Shown: positions 28,256 to 43,984 of the stretch, one piece after another
How the letters are laid out: each line of letters opens with the position of its first letter
How positions within the stretch are numbered: position 1 is the stretch's first letter
Assembly: GCA_951406725.2 (NCBI GenBank)
Contig: OX597825.1
Span: 17,298,001-17,362,000, forward strand
Length of the DNA stretch: 64,000 nt
From: Octopus vulgaris
Taxonomy: Eukaryota
Direction: 5' to 3'
Position numbers and translations under genes: made by a program
Notes under the pieces: generated by a model
Seen by the model: the letters and a program-made list of their open reading frames with translations, nothing else
Told to the model about the DNA's origin: nothing
The model's database searches: none

Positions 28256-28636
28256 ATGCAAATGTGGTTTATGACGAATAAAGCAAGTCAATTACCAAAA
28301 TATTGCGAAGCGTTTGAGCTAACACAATTCTTCACCACATTGCTCCTGTTGTTTTATGTTTGGCATTTAGTCTTCCTATATGTTGCATATCTTTTTAATT
28401 CTTTTCTACCAGATGAACCACCATCAAACAAACATTTATTTGTTGCCTGTTTCCATCCCAATAGCTTCATTTTAATATTTTGTATTCTGTGTGGCTAGGA
28501 ATATTTTAAATAGGATATCTTTCAGTAGACATAGACTGATCTGATTGAATTTGATTCATAATAGGACACACCACCATGTTTCAATTGCAGTCGCCAGCTG
28601 AAGCATGCTGATGAAGTTCAGAGACTGAAATGTCAC

Positions 28637-28796
28637 GCGAGTGGCTGTGTGGTAAGTAGCTTGCTAACCAACCATATGGTTCCGGGTTCAGTCCCACTGC
28701 GTGGCATCTTGGGCAAGTGTCTTCTGCTATAGCTCCGGGCCGACCAATGCCTTGTGAGTGGATTTGGTAGACGGAAACTGAAAGAAGCCCGTCGTA

Positions 28797-28847
<51 letters not shown>

Positions 28848-29052
28848 TTGTGTGTGTGTGTTTGTCCCCCTAGCATTGCTTGACAACCGATGCTGGTGTG
28901 TTTACGTCCCCGTCACTTGGCGGTTCGGCAAAGAGACCGATTGAATAAGTACTGGGCTTACAAAGAATAAGTCCCGGGGTCGATTTGCTCGACTAAAGGC
29001 GGTGCTCCAGCATGGCCGTAGTCAAAATGACTGAAACAAGTAAAAGAGTAAA
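28637..29052 (+). mobile_element. SINE family C
   Basis: Very similar to the reverse complement of 11663-12080. Confidence 0.9.
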
Positions 29053-31106
29053 TGTTTCATTTAATTATTTAGAATGGCAATTTCCGATTAAGGTGGTCAT
29101 TTGTCTCGCTAAGTCTCATATTTTCGATGGAATGTGATGATATTGATGCTGAAATATAAACGGAGATATGCATTTCAAATATTTTGAGACATTAGTTCAA
29201 TATTCACAAATAGAAGAAAAGTACATGCAAAAAATACACTTGTAATATAATTTTAGTAATGGATTAGAACAGCTATAATTGACTTTGATAATAATAAGAG
29301 GGTAAGCACGGATATCACCATTTCCTATTTAGCGATAGTAAAATATAATAGCTGCATACTTAGAATAAATTCAACAATATTTTCATTATCTAGGCGAGCA
29401 GCTGTATTAATCAGTATTTTCCATTCTCTGTAAGAACAATTATGCTCTTGACTTTATTTACTTGAGAAAACACATTAATAACAGAAACTCATTCCCTATT
29501 TTCTCTTTAGACAAAGCATTCGTAAATCGTACAAAATTCTGCTGACAGTCTAGCTTAAGTAAGAGACCTCAAGTATTCTTAGAGGTCAGATAGAAGACAG
29601 ACTACAGTATAACGATCGTATATCATCACCGAAGGATAGCTTTCGTATCCTTTTACGTCACTAGAGCAATTGGGAAATTCATAAATCTTATAGCATCCCT
29701 TTAGCTCTCTTTATATCACACAGATCCCTTGTGTCGTCTAAAGAAATATCTCAACGACGCATCCGATAGGTTTTGGCAAATTGTATCCATTTCCTACTTA
29801 CTTTTCAGTGTTTAACTCATTATATCAAATTTACCAGTGTCGTTACATTTCTGACTATCACTTCTTTTAACTATGCATAAATAATATAACCCATCAATTT
29901 CAAGTAAAATTTTAGTGAGCTTGTCACATAATTAAAATTGTATCACGCATTCAAATGTTAAGATATTAATACTAGTTATAGACAGCTACTATGCAGATTT
30001 GCATAATTTTTCACTGAAAGAAATCCAAAAGCTGTCCTGAGGTAGGTCTCATTTCATAGCTAATAGGTTGCTAGTGGTTCATAGATAATAATCTGTTTTT
30101 GCGGCATATATTTCAATGGTTTAAACGTTCAATCATCAATTTTTCTTTTAGTGGAGAGAAACGATCACATTTTAATACCAAAATTTAATAAGTAGTTAAA
30201 TGTAAGACCGATATTTTTGAAATGATGTTTTAAGACTAGTGTTACTAATAACTTAGTACACAAGAAATAAATACCAATATTGGGAATTTAACTCGAGCAT
30301 AGATTGTCTCATAGTTTCGTTTGTGTTGCGTAAATATTGAAACAAAGATTTCTGGCGAGCTTCCACCCTGTTTTTGTTAACCAATTTCAATCAAAAGTCA
30401 TTTATTTGCAAGGGTTTGAGTATAAGAAACTTGGCGTCGGTGCCGCGCAGTGGCACTTAATCGGAACCTACGTGGTTGTAAAGCGGGCTTTTTTTAACCA
30501 CACAGACACACTTGCACCCCTGGTCATGCCAGTATCTATATATTCAGCAATCGTTTCTAATATAAGATAAAATTACGTCAATAAATTGTAGACTGCAGCT
30601 ATATGTAATCCGCTGAAGGCTTAAATAATATCACTAATCCCTTAAGTAACTTTAGTTGAGCGCACATATTGAAAATAGTTCTGACAGTTTTGAAACTCTG
30701 TTGCGCAAATTGAGACCGAATCTAAGGATACGGTCTCATGAGTCAAAAAATTCACATTACGCATATAAAAAGTCATATATACAAATACATTTAAAACGTC
30801 TATTCAAGGGATATACGATCACAGTGCAATTACTATGAAATCGAAATTATGGTAGAAATTATTGGAGGAGCAAATTTCATTATAAGTACTCCATCAGAAC
30901 CCAAATAAAAAATTTATATTTCTGGTATAGGAATTTCCCGGGAAATTAAAGTACCGGATGATGAACGTCGCATAAATACTAAGTAATTTACATTTCATAA
31001 TGTCGATAAACCAAGTTCCAATTATTCTACAACGAGATATCGTTTTGAAGAAAATGGCATAGGTTACGTATACGTGTGTGAGTATGTGTGCATGTATGCA
31101 CGCATT

Positions 31107-31206
<100 letters not shown>

Positions 31207-31208
31207 CA

Positions 31209-31248
<40 letters not shown>

Positions 31249-31261
31249 CACATATATATAT

Positions 31262-31300
<39 letters not shown>

Positions 31301-31387
31301 CAAAGACACACAAACACATACATGTATGGATATCTACGTATATGATTTATATATTTATACAACACATATACATAAAAGTATTAAAAA

Positions 31388-31434
<47 letters not shown>

Positions 31435-31900
31435 CATATACATGTATATACACATATATACATATAAATATACATATATCTATCCGTCTATACAGACACA
31501 TATATTTCATGTAGAAAGAGATATTGAATGTGTTAGAAAATGAATAGTTTCAATATATTAGGTTTGTAGCCAATTTTAGTAGGGAATTAGGAGATAAATA
31601 TAAATAGCGAAAGGAAGAAATCTACAATATCGAGATCCTCATATACCTTAACAATTTCTTTCATGAATAAAGAAGTGAATCGATGTGAATGGTCGAAATA
31701 TTCAATTACATATTAATGATATCCGAAATTGAGTCAGCAATAAGACTTACATTATTTGTGAACAGAAAATAATTGAGAGATACGGACACATACCACGCAA
31801 AAATAATAATAAACAAATGGAATACTGTACAGCGAAATGCACCTGTACTATAACACATATATATGTTTCGTATATAATGCGAATATATATAAATAAATAC

Positions 31901-31970
<70 letters not shown>

Positions 31971-32124
31971 GCATTATATATATATATTTATATATATTAT
32001 TATATATATATATATCGAATGCACACGTACATATTCTTCAAAAATACATTTACGCATACACAAATATACCTATTATATAGATCCATGTATACGTGCACAG
32101 ACACACACACACACACACACACAC

Positions 32125-32174
<50 letters not shown>

Positions 32175-32194
32175 TTATATATATATATGTACAT

Positions 32195-32233
<39 letters not shown>

Positions 32234-32810
32234 ATCATGTATCTGTGTTTGTTTCAGGTTAGTAACGAAGCTCATATCACCCTCATGTGGATTTATGTGA
32301 AGTATTTATGATTGTAGAATTCTGTTATATAAAACATACGTAAGAACGCTGTCTAGGTAATCTCGCGACTAGTTTATTAACTAATCGAAACACAAAAAAG
32401 AAACATCTTCCCATTTTCCCCTAACATCAGACCTTAAGAAATGAAATTCAAAATGGAAGATAATTGCATTTTCACTATCAATCGTTTTCCGCTTACTGAC
32501 AGGAATACGATTACAATTTGTTTGAATTCCAGTCGTTCAGCCTGCACGGAATTTCTCCAATATACACGAATTCGGTTAGAGAAATTAGCGTGAAATAATG
32601 TCTGGATAGTTTCAAGGTAGATTTGAATAAACCTACTAGCTCAGAGTGGAATTTCATGGACATCTTCACGAAAACTTGGATTATATGTCGAAGCAATTAT
32701 CATTCGCACTGAAAGATAAAACAATAGAAAATTTGTAGACGATCAAAGTGAATCTTTCAGGACATAAAAGAAAGATCCGAAAAAAATATAATAGACATAA
32801 GCGTGCATAT

Positions 32811-32893
<83 letters not shown>

Positions 32894-33082
32894 TACTTAT
32901 ATATATATATATTTATACATATATTTTTTTCGGATCTTTCTTTTATGTCCGGAAAGATATGTTCTGAAAGATATATATATGTATATATACATATATATAT
33001 ATATGTATATTTATAAATATATAGATGTATATCTATACATATATATATTTATATATATCTATATATATATGCATATCTATAC

Positions 33083-33160
<78 letters not shown>

Positions 33161-33179
33161 GATTAAGTAAACAGATGAT

Positions 33180-33400
33180 GTAATTGATATAACTCTCTGT
33201 TGTGGACGACGATCGTTTCGACCCAGGCTGCGACTGTTCTTTATGGGTGGGATGTTGTGCATCATAGTATGTTGCATCCGTTTTGCAGTATGGGTCAGGC
33301 CAGGTATATTCGTACAATCAGTTACGTCCATCAATGTCATTTCTTCGCCATTTCCAACTTGATCAAGGATATATATACACTCTAATTCGGATCTGCTTTA
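33180..33400 (-). pseudogene. Possible RTE-clade LINE C-terminal relic
   Basis: Translation LYEYTW...KTDATY...QHPTHKEQ resembles RTE LYG.ETW..KRLDGTY...QHPTKEQLYG. Confidence 0.4.
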
Positions 33401-33699
33401 TGTCTGTCTCTCTCGGAAATCCCTTGCACACGGGGGGGAAATGCCTAGCAATATGCGTTCCATCGCATTGCACTTCAGTTTCAGATCTTGGATTGTGCAA
33501 CGTGTCATTTCATCTACTCGCGGTCGATAAAAGAAAACAATAGTCAATTACTGGGAACGATGTGGGTTAACGAAGTCCACTTCTAAATACTGCTGGCCTT
33601 GTGCTTAAATCAGAAGACATGATGTGTAGTGTTAATATTCTGCGAGGTATTTGGCACTCGTTCTTGATGTTGTTTTTGTGGTTGCTGTTGTAGTTGTTG

Positions 33700-33721
33700 T
33701 CCTTCATCATCATTATCGCCG

Positions 33722-33789
<68 letters not shown>

Positions 33790-33905
33790 TTCTTCTTCTT
33801 CTTCTTCTTCTTCTTCTGCTTCTTGTTTCGCATTGTCCTACCTCATCATCTACTGCTCCTGCTTTAGTGCTACTGCCGTTGCTGCTTCTATCACTACTAC
33901 TACTG

Positions 33906-33942
<37 letters not shown>

Positions 33943-34132
33943 AACCACAACTACTACTACTACTACCACTATTACCACCACCACCAACATCACAACCACC
34001 ACCACCACAACCACCACCACCAATACTACTACTACTACTACTACTACTACTACCCACCACCACCACCACCAATACCCACTACTACTACTACTACCACTAC
34101 TACTACTACTACCACTACCACTACCACCACCT
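33700..34132. repeat. Compound trinucleotide microsatellite (CAT)n(CTT)n...(CTA/CCA)n
   Basis: Direct reading. Explains the poly-H/L/T/M ORFs. Confidence 0.95.
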
Positions 34133-34766
34133 CTGATGCTTTCATTGAGTCATTGCTCCGACTACTGCGTACATGCGTATTTTGCTGACGCTCCACCATT
34201 TCTTCATTGGTGAACTATAAACGATAATGTTTCGAGAAGCGAGAGCTCAGCCTTAACTTCATTTTGACTAATTGCATTTGGTAAAATATATCAGATTGTA
34301 AATATTGACAAGCATTAGCTGATTAACGAATTAAATAGTCAGAACATATACACATACACGCATCTCCAATAGACCCAACACAGGGACACAACCGAGAGGG
34401 AGTTGGAGAAAAGGAGACGAAGAGAGAGAAAGAGGGGGGATGAGGCAGACAAACTGACTGTAGGAAAGTGATATACACACCGTGATGTCTCTCATCTTTA
34501 TTTCTCGCTCTCTGCACTTTCCCTCATGCATAATATATACCTTTCTGCTCTTGCTCCAATATGAAGTCTGCTAGGAAATTTGTGAATAACGTATATATAT
34601 TGCCAGTGAAGTCCCAAATGACAGGACAAATGCCAGAGCAGAGATTGCTGAGCATGAGGCAAAATATGAGTCGAATACAATTTCTCGTTCGGTCGTGAGC
34701 AATAGCTGAGCATCGTAATTTATGAAGAAACGCTGCTGAATCACTCGAGATGGTGGCATATTCTTC

Positions 34767-34997
34767 CTATTTCTTTTCTACTCACAAGGGCCTAAACACA
34801 GAGGGGACAAACAAGGACAGACAAACGGATCAAGTTGATTACAACGACCCAAGTGCATAACTGGTACTTAATTTATCGACCACGGAAGGATGAAAGGCAA
34901 AGTCGACCTCGGCAAAATTTGAACTCAAAACGTAGAGGCAGACGAAATACCTATTTCTTTGCTACCCACAAGGGGCTAAACACAGAGGAGACAAACA
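34767..34997 (-). mobile_element. SINE family B, headless multimer fragment
   Basis: One complete body plus part of another, joined at GACGAAATACCTATTTCTTT (34941). Confidence 0.85.
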
Positions 34998-35015
34998 ATA
35001 TATATACATATATAC

Positions 35016-35106
<91 letters not shown>

Positions 35107-35323
35107 TGGATGGTATTAATACATATCGTGACACGAGGCAAATGAATTATCAGCCGTACAGGTAAATTAATAAAATATATACATACAATATTAGCTATGC
35201 ACATACGTACACAAGTGCACTACATGAGCAACTACATTGCTAAAAGTAGATGTCAAAAATACTTCTGCGCCACCGCATACTCACAAATCTACTACAGACA
35301 TGATACGATAAGATATTGTATTA

Positions 35324-35356
<33 letters not shown>

Positions 35357-36350
35357 CCTTTATATCTCATTATATACATGCGTGCTTCTACGTGAGAGTG
35401 TTCTGTGTGTGTACGCACGCTGGATGTGTATATGACATATAATGTATTTTTAAAATTGTTCTATGAACAGTCTATTTCGTATTATATAAAACCACAAAAA
35501 TATCAATAAATTTTTCAAAACTACTGACAAATTTGTATATAAGAACTAACATGGAACTGCTTCTGTACAATTTTGCATTTGAGTAATGGTTAACAAACAA
35601 AGTCGCTTACGGTTATAGTCTTCTCTATAATATATTCCCTGTGCAGGATGTATAGTTTAAGTTCCACTATTAGATGCACAGTGTATTTCAGAATACTATA
35701 CTATGCAGTGCATAATTATTTGAAATTTCGTCTCCTCGTACAGCATTTAATTATTTTTAACCATTTGTAAGTTCTTCCCTCGTAATGATCCACGTTGCTT
35801 ATGTTTAAAGCAATGGTTGAATTATCGATTATTCCTGCTCTTCTCAGAATAAATCGTAATACAGTTCGCTGGCTCTTACATTTGATCTGTGAGGTTAACT
35901 GATAAGCTTGGTTTTAAAAACTAGCGTTTGATAAAGATGATCTTGTCTCTTGATGTCTTGCGATATACAAGTCAATTATGCTAGCACTTGATAAAAACAG
36001 TCCCCATATATCAAGCATGATTGATGATTGGTTTCAGATTACAACACACACACAAATGCACACACATGCACACACACACACACAAACACAAGCACTCGCA
36101 CAAGCATTCACACGAAAACACACACACACAAACATCCACATCCACACATAACTTCGTGTATGTGTATATATATAATGTCTCTCTATATATATGTATGTAT
36201 ATATATATACATATATATATATATATGCACTTCATATACTGACGTAGCATGCGTGCATAAATGTCCTTGTTCATATATAACTATATTATTATACATATTT
36301 ATATATAGGCATAAATGTATACACATACAGACACACACAATATATATATG

Positions 36351-36400
<50 letters not shown>

Positions 36401-36422
36401 TATATACATATCTACATGTATA

Positions 36423-36467
<45 letters not shown>

Positions 36468-36999
36468 ATAAAAATATATACTTTATTATGAAGGATAAAT
36501 TTGTTACATAATAGTATTTACAAAAGTTTGAGGTGATAAATGCTAAATCAGATTAAAGAAAGTTTGCTGCTCGTTTTCCAGACTTATGCATGCAACGTCT
36601 GCTTTATCTTTTTAGCGTAAGTTAATCTAAACACTACTCCCTTTGATTATAACCATCGTTGTTGTTTTATCTATTTAGCAGAACTTGCTGGGAGAAACAT
36701 GGGCGTAGAACGTTAACGATTGTGTAATATGCAGTAATTAAATTAAGTATAACATGTTACTATGGCTATATCTAATTCCATGTCCATACGGATTCCATTT
36801 GATAACATGCTTTTAAATATCTATAAAACTTTTCTAAAATGATCGTAATGTTCTTATAAAGTGAATTTACAAAATTTAAACAATGTTTGTTTCTTTGAAA
36901 AACGTAGAATAAAATATTTTTCCATATTTTCATATTTTGGTTTCTATCCTGATTATCTACACACTTCTGTAATATTCTTCTATTGCGATTCGTAGGCGT

Positions 37000-37128
37000 C
37001 AAGAACTTTGCTTCCTAATCTCATGTTCAGCCTTGGGGAAATGTTTTCTTCTATAGCCTTAGATATACTAAAACCATGAGCGTGGATTAGATAGACGGAA
37101 ACTGAAGGGAAAGTAGTGTGGGCGTGTG

Positions 37129-37218
<90 letters not shown>

Positions 37219-37268
37219 GTGAAGCGATGGTGGGGAACAAACACAGGCACATTCAAAATACACACCAC

Positions 37269-37321
<53 letters not shown>

Positions 37322-37325
37322 ATGC

Positions 37326-37364
<39 letters not shown>

Positions 37365-37520
37365 TGTCTGTGTGTCTGTGTGTGTGTGTGTGTACATACG
37401 ACGGGATTCTTTTAGTGTCCGTCTACGAAATCTACTCACATGTCTTGGTCGGCTCGAGACTATAGTAGAAGACAATTATCCAAGGTACCACGCAGTGGGA
37501 ATGAACAGCCACGCCTGTAC
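37000..37520. mobile_element. Two degraded SINE family C fragments (+ 37000-37110, - 37220-37520) around a (TATC)n tract
   Basis: GTGGATTAGATAGACGGAAACTGAA on +. CATACGACGGG...GACTATAGTAGAAGAC...CCACGCAGTGGGA on -. Confidence 0.65.
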
Positions 37521-37913
37521 CTATAATGTTTATATAATTGCATTACCTATACCTGTACAAATACGTTAAGATATGCAGATTCCATGCTCTAAACAGACAC
37601 AAAATGTTTACCTGTTTATTCTTTATTTCATTCAAATACGCATGGCAATCGATATCGGTCTGTTTTAGTCTCCAAACTCAGCATTTAGAGAAATGAATCA
37701 ATAGGATTACTACCAGGCAGGTCCAATAACAAAAAGATGAAAACCTAAAATCCATATAGCATGAAATTGTAATAGTATCACTAATATCATTGTCATAATT
37801 ATAAAAAGCAAAACCGGTCGACTGATTAAAAGTTATCTCATACACATATTTATGTATGTATGTATGTATGTATGTATGTTTGTCTGCCTATCTATCTCTA
37901 TATATAAACTCTC

Positions 37914-38052
<139 letters not shown>

Positions 38053-38706
38053 GTATGCATATATATTTTTTTTTAATATATATATTGATAGGTATATTTA
38101 ATGTGAGAAATGCTTATTCTGATTAGATGCAAGAAAGATTGTACGTACTGTATGTAACAGGACTAGATAGAGAATGTAACGTGCGAAATCTAGGTCTTAT
38201 AAGAGAAATTTCTGTGAATAATGTACGGCAGTTATACTGGATACACAGCTGTTATATTTCCTGAAACTATGATATCTTGTCGATCCCTGAGGACACGAAG
38301 TCAATGATGTGACCAAATGTAATTAAAATCACCCTGAAAGTAAACACTATTGTAATAGTGACGGAATAATCAGTGTGTGGATACGGTGCTTTTGTAAGAT
38401 GGAGGTTTTATTGTGTTTGTCAATTTAGTAATTCGTTATTAAGCAAAACAAACAGATGTTCTCAGAGTAAGATAATAGAGCGCATGTAGCTGGAAATTAT
38501 TATCACAGCGCAATAATCATATCCGAGCTCTTACAGAAAAGCATTACAGCTTACTTGAATAGGAAATACTTGCTAAAATATTGTGTATCCTTGGAATGTG
38601 TAGAGGTAAAATTGTGTTGAGGGTGGTGTACATGGGATGATGTATTCATGAGATGAGCTGAGTTCAGTGGACGGAGCATATATTTTCTACAGTTAGAAGG
38701 TTGAAT

Positions 38707-38802
38707 GGGGAGGCGCAATGGCCCAGTGGCTACGGCAGCGGACTCGCGGTCGGAGGATTGAGGTTTCGATTCCCAGATCGAGCGTTGTGTGTGTGTTTAT
38801 TG
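38707..38802 (+). mobile_element. SINE family A head only
   Basis: GGAGGCGCAATGGCCCAGTGG...GGTTTCGATTCCCAGA, truncated by the family B cluster. Confidence 0.8.
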
Positions 38803-39465
38803 GAAATGCCACGAAGCATTTCGTCCAGCATGCTAACGACTCTGCCCACTCGCCGCCTTTGTAATAATCCTTTCTACTGTAGGCCCAAAGCCTGGAAAAT
38901 TTTGCGGGGAGGGGCTTAGTCGATTGTAACGACCCCAGTGCATAACTGGTTAATAATTTATCGACCCCGAAGGGATGAAAAGCAAAGACGACTTCGTCTG
39001 AATTTGAACTCAGAACGTAGAGCTGGATGAAATGTCACACAGCATTTCGTCCAGCTTGCTAACGATTCATATTTCTTTATTGCGCACAAAGGGCTAAACA
39101 GAGAGGGGACAAACAAGGACATTAAGTCGATTGCATCGACCCCAGTGCGTAAATGGTACTTAATTTATCGACCCCGAAAGAATGTAAGGCAATGTCGACC
39201 TCGCCGGAATTTGAACTGAGAACGTAGCGGCAGACGAAATACCTATTTCTTTACTACCCACACATACGGGACAAACAAGGACAGACAAACGGATTAAGTC
39301 GATTACATCGACTCCAGTGCGTACAGGGTATTTAATTTATCGACCCCGAAAGAATGAAAGGCAAAGTCGACCTTCGCGGAATTTGAACTCAGAATGCAGG
39401 GGCGAGCGAAATACCACAAATCATTTCGCCCGGCGTGCTAACATTTCAGCCAGTTCACCGCCTTT
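38803..39465 (-). mobile_element. SINE family B cluster (nested and tandem copies)
   Basis: Three ATTTATCGACCCCGAA cores (38956, 39164, 39335) and a multimer junction at 39233. Confidence 0.88.
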
Positions 39466-39784
39466 GTAATAATAATAATAATATTAACAATAACAATGAG
39501 AATAATGGTTAACTCAGTCTATCTTGCAAGAACATTGTTTTTCTGTAGTATTACATATTGCTTATAAGTATTAGCTATGACGAAAAACATTGACGTCTAG
39601 GCAACTTTTAACGAAAAGTAATGTCATAAATATTAATGAGTCAGAAAAATCATACTAAGATAAATGGCACTTGTTTTTAATACTGCAAGTGTAAAAGCCA
39701 ATTTGTTGTATAAATATAGCATCTACATTACATAGACTTTCATAAATATAGTCGTGCTTGCGTGCATGTATAAACGTGCGTGTA

Positions 39785-39874
<90 letters not shown>

Positions 39875-40642
39875 TATATATGACGTATGTATATATACGT
39901 GGTTGTGTGTAAGAATACATATTCTTGGAGTTTTTCGGAAAATAATTGCAATTTGTTAATTTCTCCCGGGGTTTATATGTCTATTCTAGCATGAATAATC
40001 AGTATTGGTCTGGAAACTTGCCTGCTTTCTACTATACGTCTCAACAGATTTGGCAGTGTAGTGTAGTTGTTTAGTTTACCTGTAAAATATATATGAAAAC
40101 ACCACATTTCCTAAAACGCAGTTTCGGTGTTGCTGATCAACTGAATTTATATCGTAGCTGAAATGACAGAGGGACGGTAGCTCAGTTTTTAAGTTTTCCG
40201 CTTTCCGCCATTACAAACGTGTTTGATGACTAATTCTAATAACTTGCAGAAGTAATCCAAATTAGTAGAAACAATATTTCATATATTCCAGCTTGACATG
40301 GATTTAGTAAATGTTTATATAAAGGAAATGGTATAGTGATAACTGCTATGCTTTCGAAGATTCTGCAGTATATAAATGGCGACATTTAAATGTAATGGAA
40401 TTGGTTGAAATTGAGACAGTGGCACATAAAAATCACGTTGTATACATTCAACACAATGCAAATTCTAAGAATATCATATATGTATTTGTGTGTGTGAGTG
40501 CGTGTGGATGACGTGTATATACATACATTGTATGTATATATATACATTCATCTACATAAAGATAGAGAGATCTCTAGGTAGACAGATATACAATGTGGAT
40601 GTGGATGTATGTGTCTAAGATAAATAATACACACATCTGTTC

Positions 40643-40693
<51 letters not shown>

Positions 40694-40701
40694 TATATAT
40701 A

Positions 40702-40732
<31 letters not shown>

Positions 40733-40735
<3 letters not shown>

Positions 40736-40850
40736 GTGTTAATCATATATATAACTATATATACATACATGGATATAAATAACGTGTTAATCATATATAT
40801 AACTATATATACATACATGGACATAAATAACGTGTTAATCATATATATAC
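40733..40850. repeat. 48-bp minisatellite (~2.5 copies)
   Basis: GTGTTAATCATATATATA at 40736, 40784 and 40832. Confidence 0.9.
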
Positions 40851-42343
40851 ACACATATAACTACATAAAACACACACACAAACGCACACACACATACATA
40901 TATATATATATGTACATATGTGCATGCATACATATATATATATATATATATAAATATGCATGCACACAAAACTTTTGTGTACATTTATATAGAAGAGGAA
41001 GACTCTGTGTTACTCATATAGTTATTCTTTTTTGTACAAAAGCAATAATATTATTAAATGATGCACTCAGATGTAAGTAACTCCTACCCAGAATTACAAC
41101 TCTTCGGCATTGTCAATTATATCATTGTGCGACTCGATAATGGATAGGCTTGAATAATATAAATGGAAAAACTGTTTCTTTCCGCCTTGGATGGAAATAC
41201 ATAAAAGATATAAAATACGGTTTTCTGTTAGTCATGAAAATCCATTTAGTAAATAAATGAAGATATGTCAGATAGTCTTCGAGTCAGCTTGTCTCGCTAA
41301 GTTATCAAAGAAAGACTTGTTTAAATACAATGCACACAAGGATGAATAAAATAGCAAGTCAATATAAGAACTTATTCTTGCCTACGTGATGAGTGATGAG
41401 TTCATTACCCTTATATAACTGCCGTTACTGCTTGTGGGGAATTTCCCCCTTCATCTATACCTAAGACGTGGGTATTTAAAGATAAAACCAGTAGTAAAGT
41501 AAGCTGATATAGATACAATGAACTAATACAGCAGTTACGAACTTGAGCGGCTGTAGGCGGTGATAGTAATTCAGTAATTGATGACATTATCTAAGGACAA
41601 TTGTCTCTGAAAAACCCGTATTATTTAGTGTTGAAATATATCCAGGTAACCTTCTAAGGCGTGTTGGTAGTAATAAGTGAGCAATGGATTTATCATACAA
41701 TAGGCTGCGTGAGCCTGAATGCGCCATACAAATAGGGATCTCTATCCTTCCTAGATCGTTTAAAGGGATACAGTTAAAGTTAATCTTAAATAGACGCGAA
41801 TTTAAAGCAACGGGGAAATTTAAAATGTATTGTGAATGAATCAAAGAGAAGTGATGTAGTCCTGAGGAGAAATTGATGTGCTTCTCGTTAATGTAGTCAG
41901 TGATAGACAATGTGTATGAGAGGAGATGTGCAGAGACAAACGCATTCGGTGTGCTGTAATATAAGAAGGAAACCTAAAACAAGAAGACGCATGTGTCACT
42001 ATCGTGTCATTGGGAGATAGTGAATATATGTATGTATGCATGTAAGTATTCACGAGTTAAAGTCTATTTCTCAGCACATTGGCATATAGCTTTTTTTCTT
42101 TTGCCCTTATTTATAATTGTTTGTAATTTTCACCTTAAATTAGCTGGCTACGATGAAATATAAACCAAGATAAACTATATTAATAATAAAATAAGTGAAA
42201 GAAATGAAACGTCTCGATAAAGTGTGATACAGCCATACCAATCCTTATCAATAATGATGTAAAATTTGTAAACATTTTATGGAATTAGACAGGACTGAAA
42301 ATATATGTGAACCAAGCAACTTAATAATACGCCAGAAGATACA

Positions 42344-42704
42344 TCTCTATATATAAATGGCAAAATGTCTGCGTGCGTATCCTTTATACAAATCCACAAT
42401 TTTTCAGTTAGAGGGCTCGCACTTTCTATGGTCATTTAAAACCGTCCAAAGGTGGTCGTACACATCTTTACATTTCCCCAGTCACCCCGCAAAGCAATTA
42501 AAAAAATCAATAGAAGTGACTGTTTTGTTAATTTTCTATCTAAAACCCAATCAAAATGCCCGAAACTTGATACGCCAATTGAATGCTAGCTATCCGTATG
42601 TGATTGGTTGGAGATTTGGACAGTAGTCGAGTATGTGCGCACGCACGCAGCTGTATATGCATGTACTAGAATTATGACCCGGCGTTGCCGGGTCATATTG
42701 CTAG
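42344..42704 (+). mobile_element. Non-autonomous Helitron (361 bp)
   Basis: A|TCTCTATATATAAA 5' end, subterminal hairpin TATGACCCGGC-GTT-GCCGGGTCATA (42673-42697), CTAG|T 3' end. Confidence 0.9.
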
Positions 42705-43572
42705 TACATAATAAAGCTTTACTCTAAAGTAACAAATATTGTCCAACTTTATTTCACTAGAAAAAATCAAGCATATCCGAATGAATTATATATTAATCAA
42801 TGAGTATAAAATAGCATGAATGTAATCCTGCTTTATTCTGGATTCTTCACATTAAAGACTATAAGTTAGAGAAGTATCAGTATATTTACTCGTTTTGGTG
42901 GAAGCTGTAACAATTATCCTTGAAATCACATTCTACCGTTTTGAGAATAACACAGTAGATCTTGTGGTTCTAGCACATTACCTACGAATACTCTTGGCCT
43001 CATTTGTAACACCTTTACTAGCAGAGGTTTGAGTAATTTGAACTGACCTGGAATTAAACAACAAAAAGAACAAGAGCGATGGAAACATAACTCATGCAAA
43101 CGACAACAAGTATATCTTCACGGGCTCATTAAACTCATAATAAATGCTATTACGCTATTACAACATTCTATAACTCACAATGGAATAGATTCCAGAATTG
43201 AATAATATTGATATAATAATTATAATGTTAATATAATAATTAGGACGGTGAAAATTATCATTGAAATTCTCTATCGATTTTCATCCTCAGATTGTAAGAT
43301 ATGCTTAATAGTGCTTGCAGTCTTTTAGATTTTGTATAAGACTGGCATTGTCATTTTTGCATATGTTTATTGGTGCCAGTGTTGTTGTGAATTACATGGT
43401 GGACAATGGAAACAATGTCAGACACTGAGGCATACGTTATACGGTTCTACGCGGAAACACGGTCTTAAGACTCACACACAAACACACGCAAAAACACACA
43501 CACACACGCAAACACACACATACACACTTGTATATCTATCTATCTACCTATACACCTACCTACCTATCTATC

Positions 43573-43605
<33 letters not shown>

Positions 43606-43606
43606 C

Positions 43607-43642
<36 letters not shown>

Positions 43643-43643
43643 A

Positions 43644-43729
<86 letters not shown>

Positions 43730-43730
43730 C

Positions 43731-43781
<51 letters not shown>

Positions 43782-43984
43782 ACTATCTATCTATATGTAC
43801 ATTTGCATAAATATAATCAGCGAGCTGTGAATATATTGTCGTATAAATTACGCAAAAAATGAAAGTAACACTAACCTCTCGTTTTAACAGACATATTTAC
43901 CAAAATTACATAAAATTATCTTAAAATACTAAAGAGTAGATTTATTCTTGGGGGTGGGGATTATAAAATCAAAGGGGATTATAA

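Noticed and set aside
33567-34213. Poly-His/Leu/Thr/Met ORFs (mucin-like appearance)
   Set aside because: Trinucleotide repeats open in many frames, with no splice or domain context.
40733-40850. CRISPR-like regularly spaced repeats (also the SINE B multimers)
   Set aside because: Spacers are not unique and the context is eukaryotic; these are ordinary tandem repeats.
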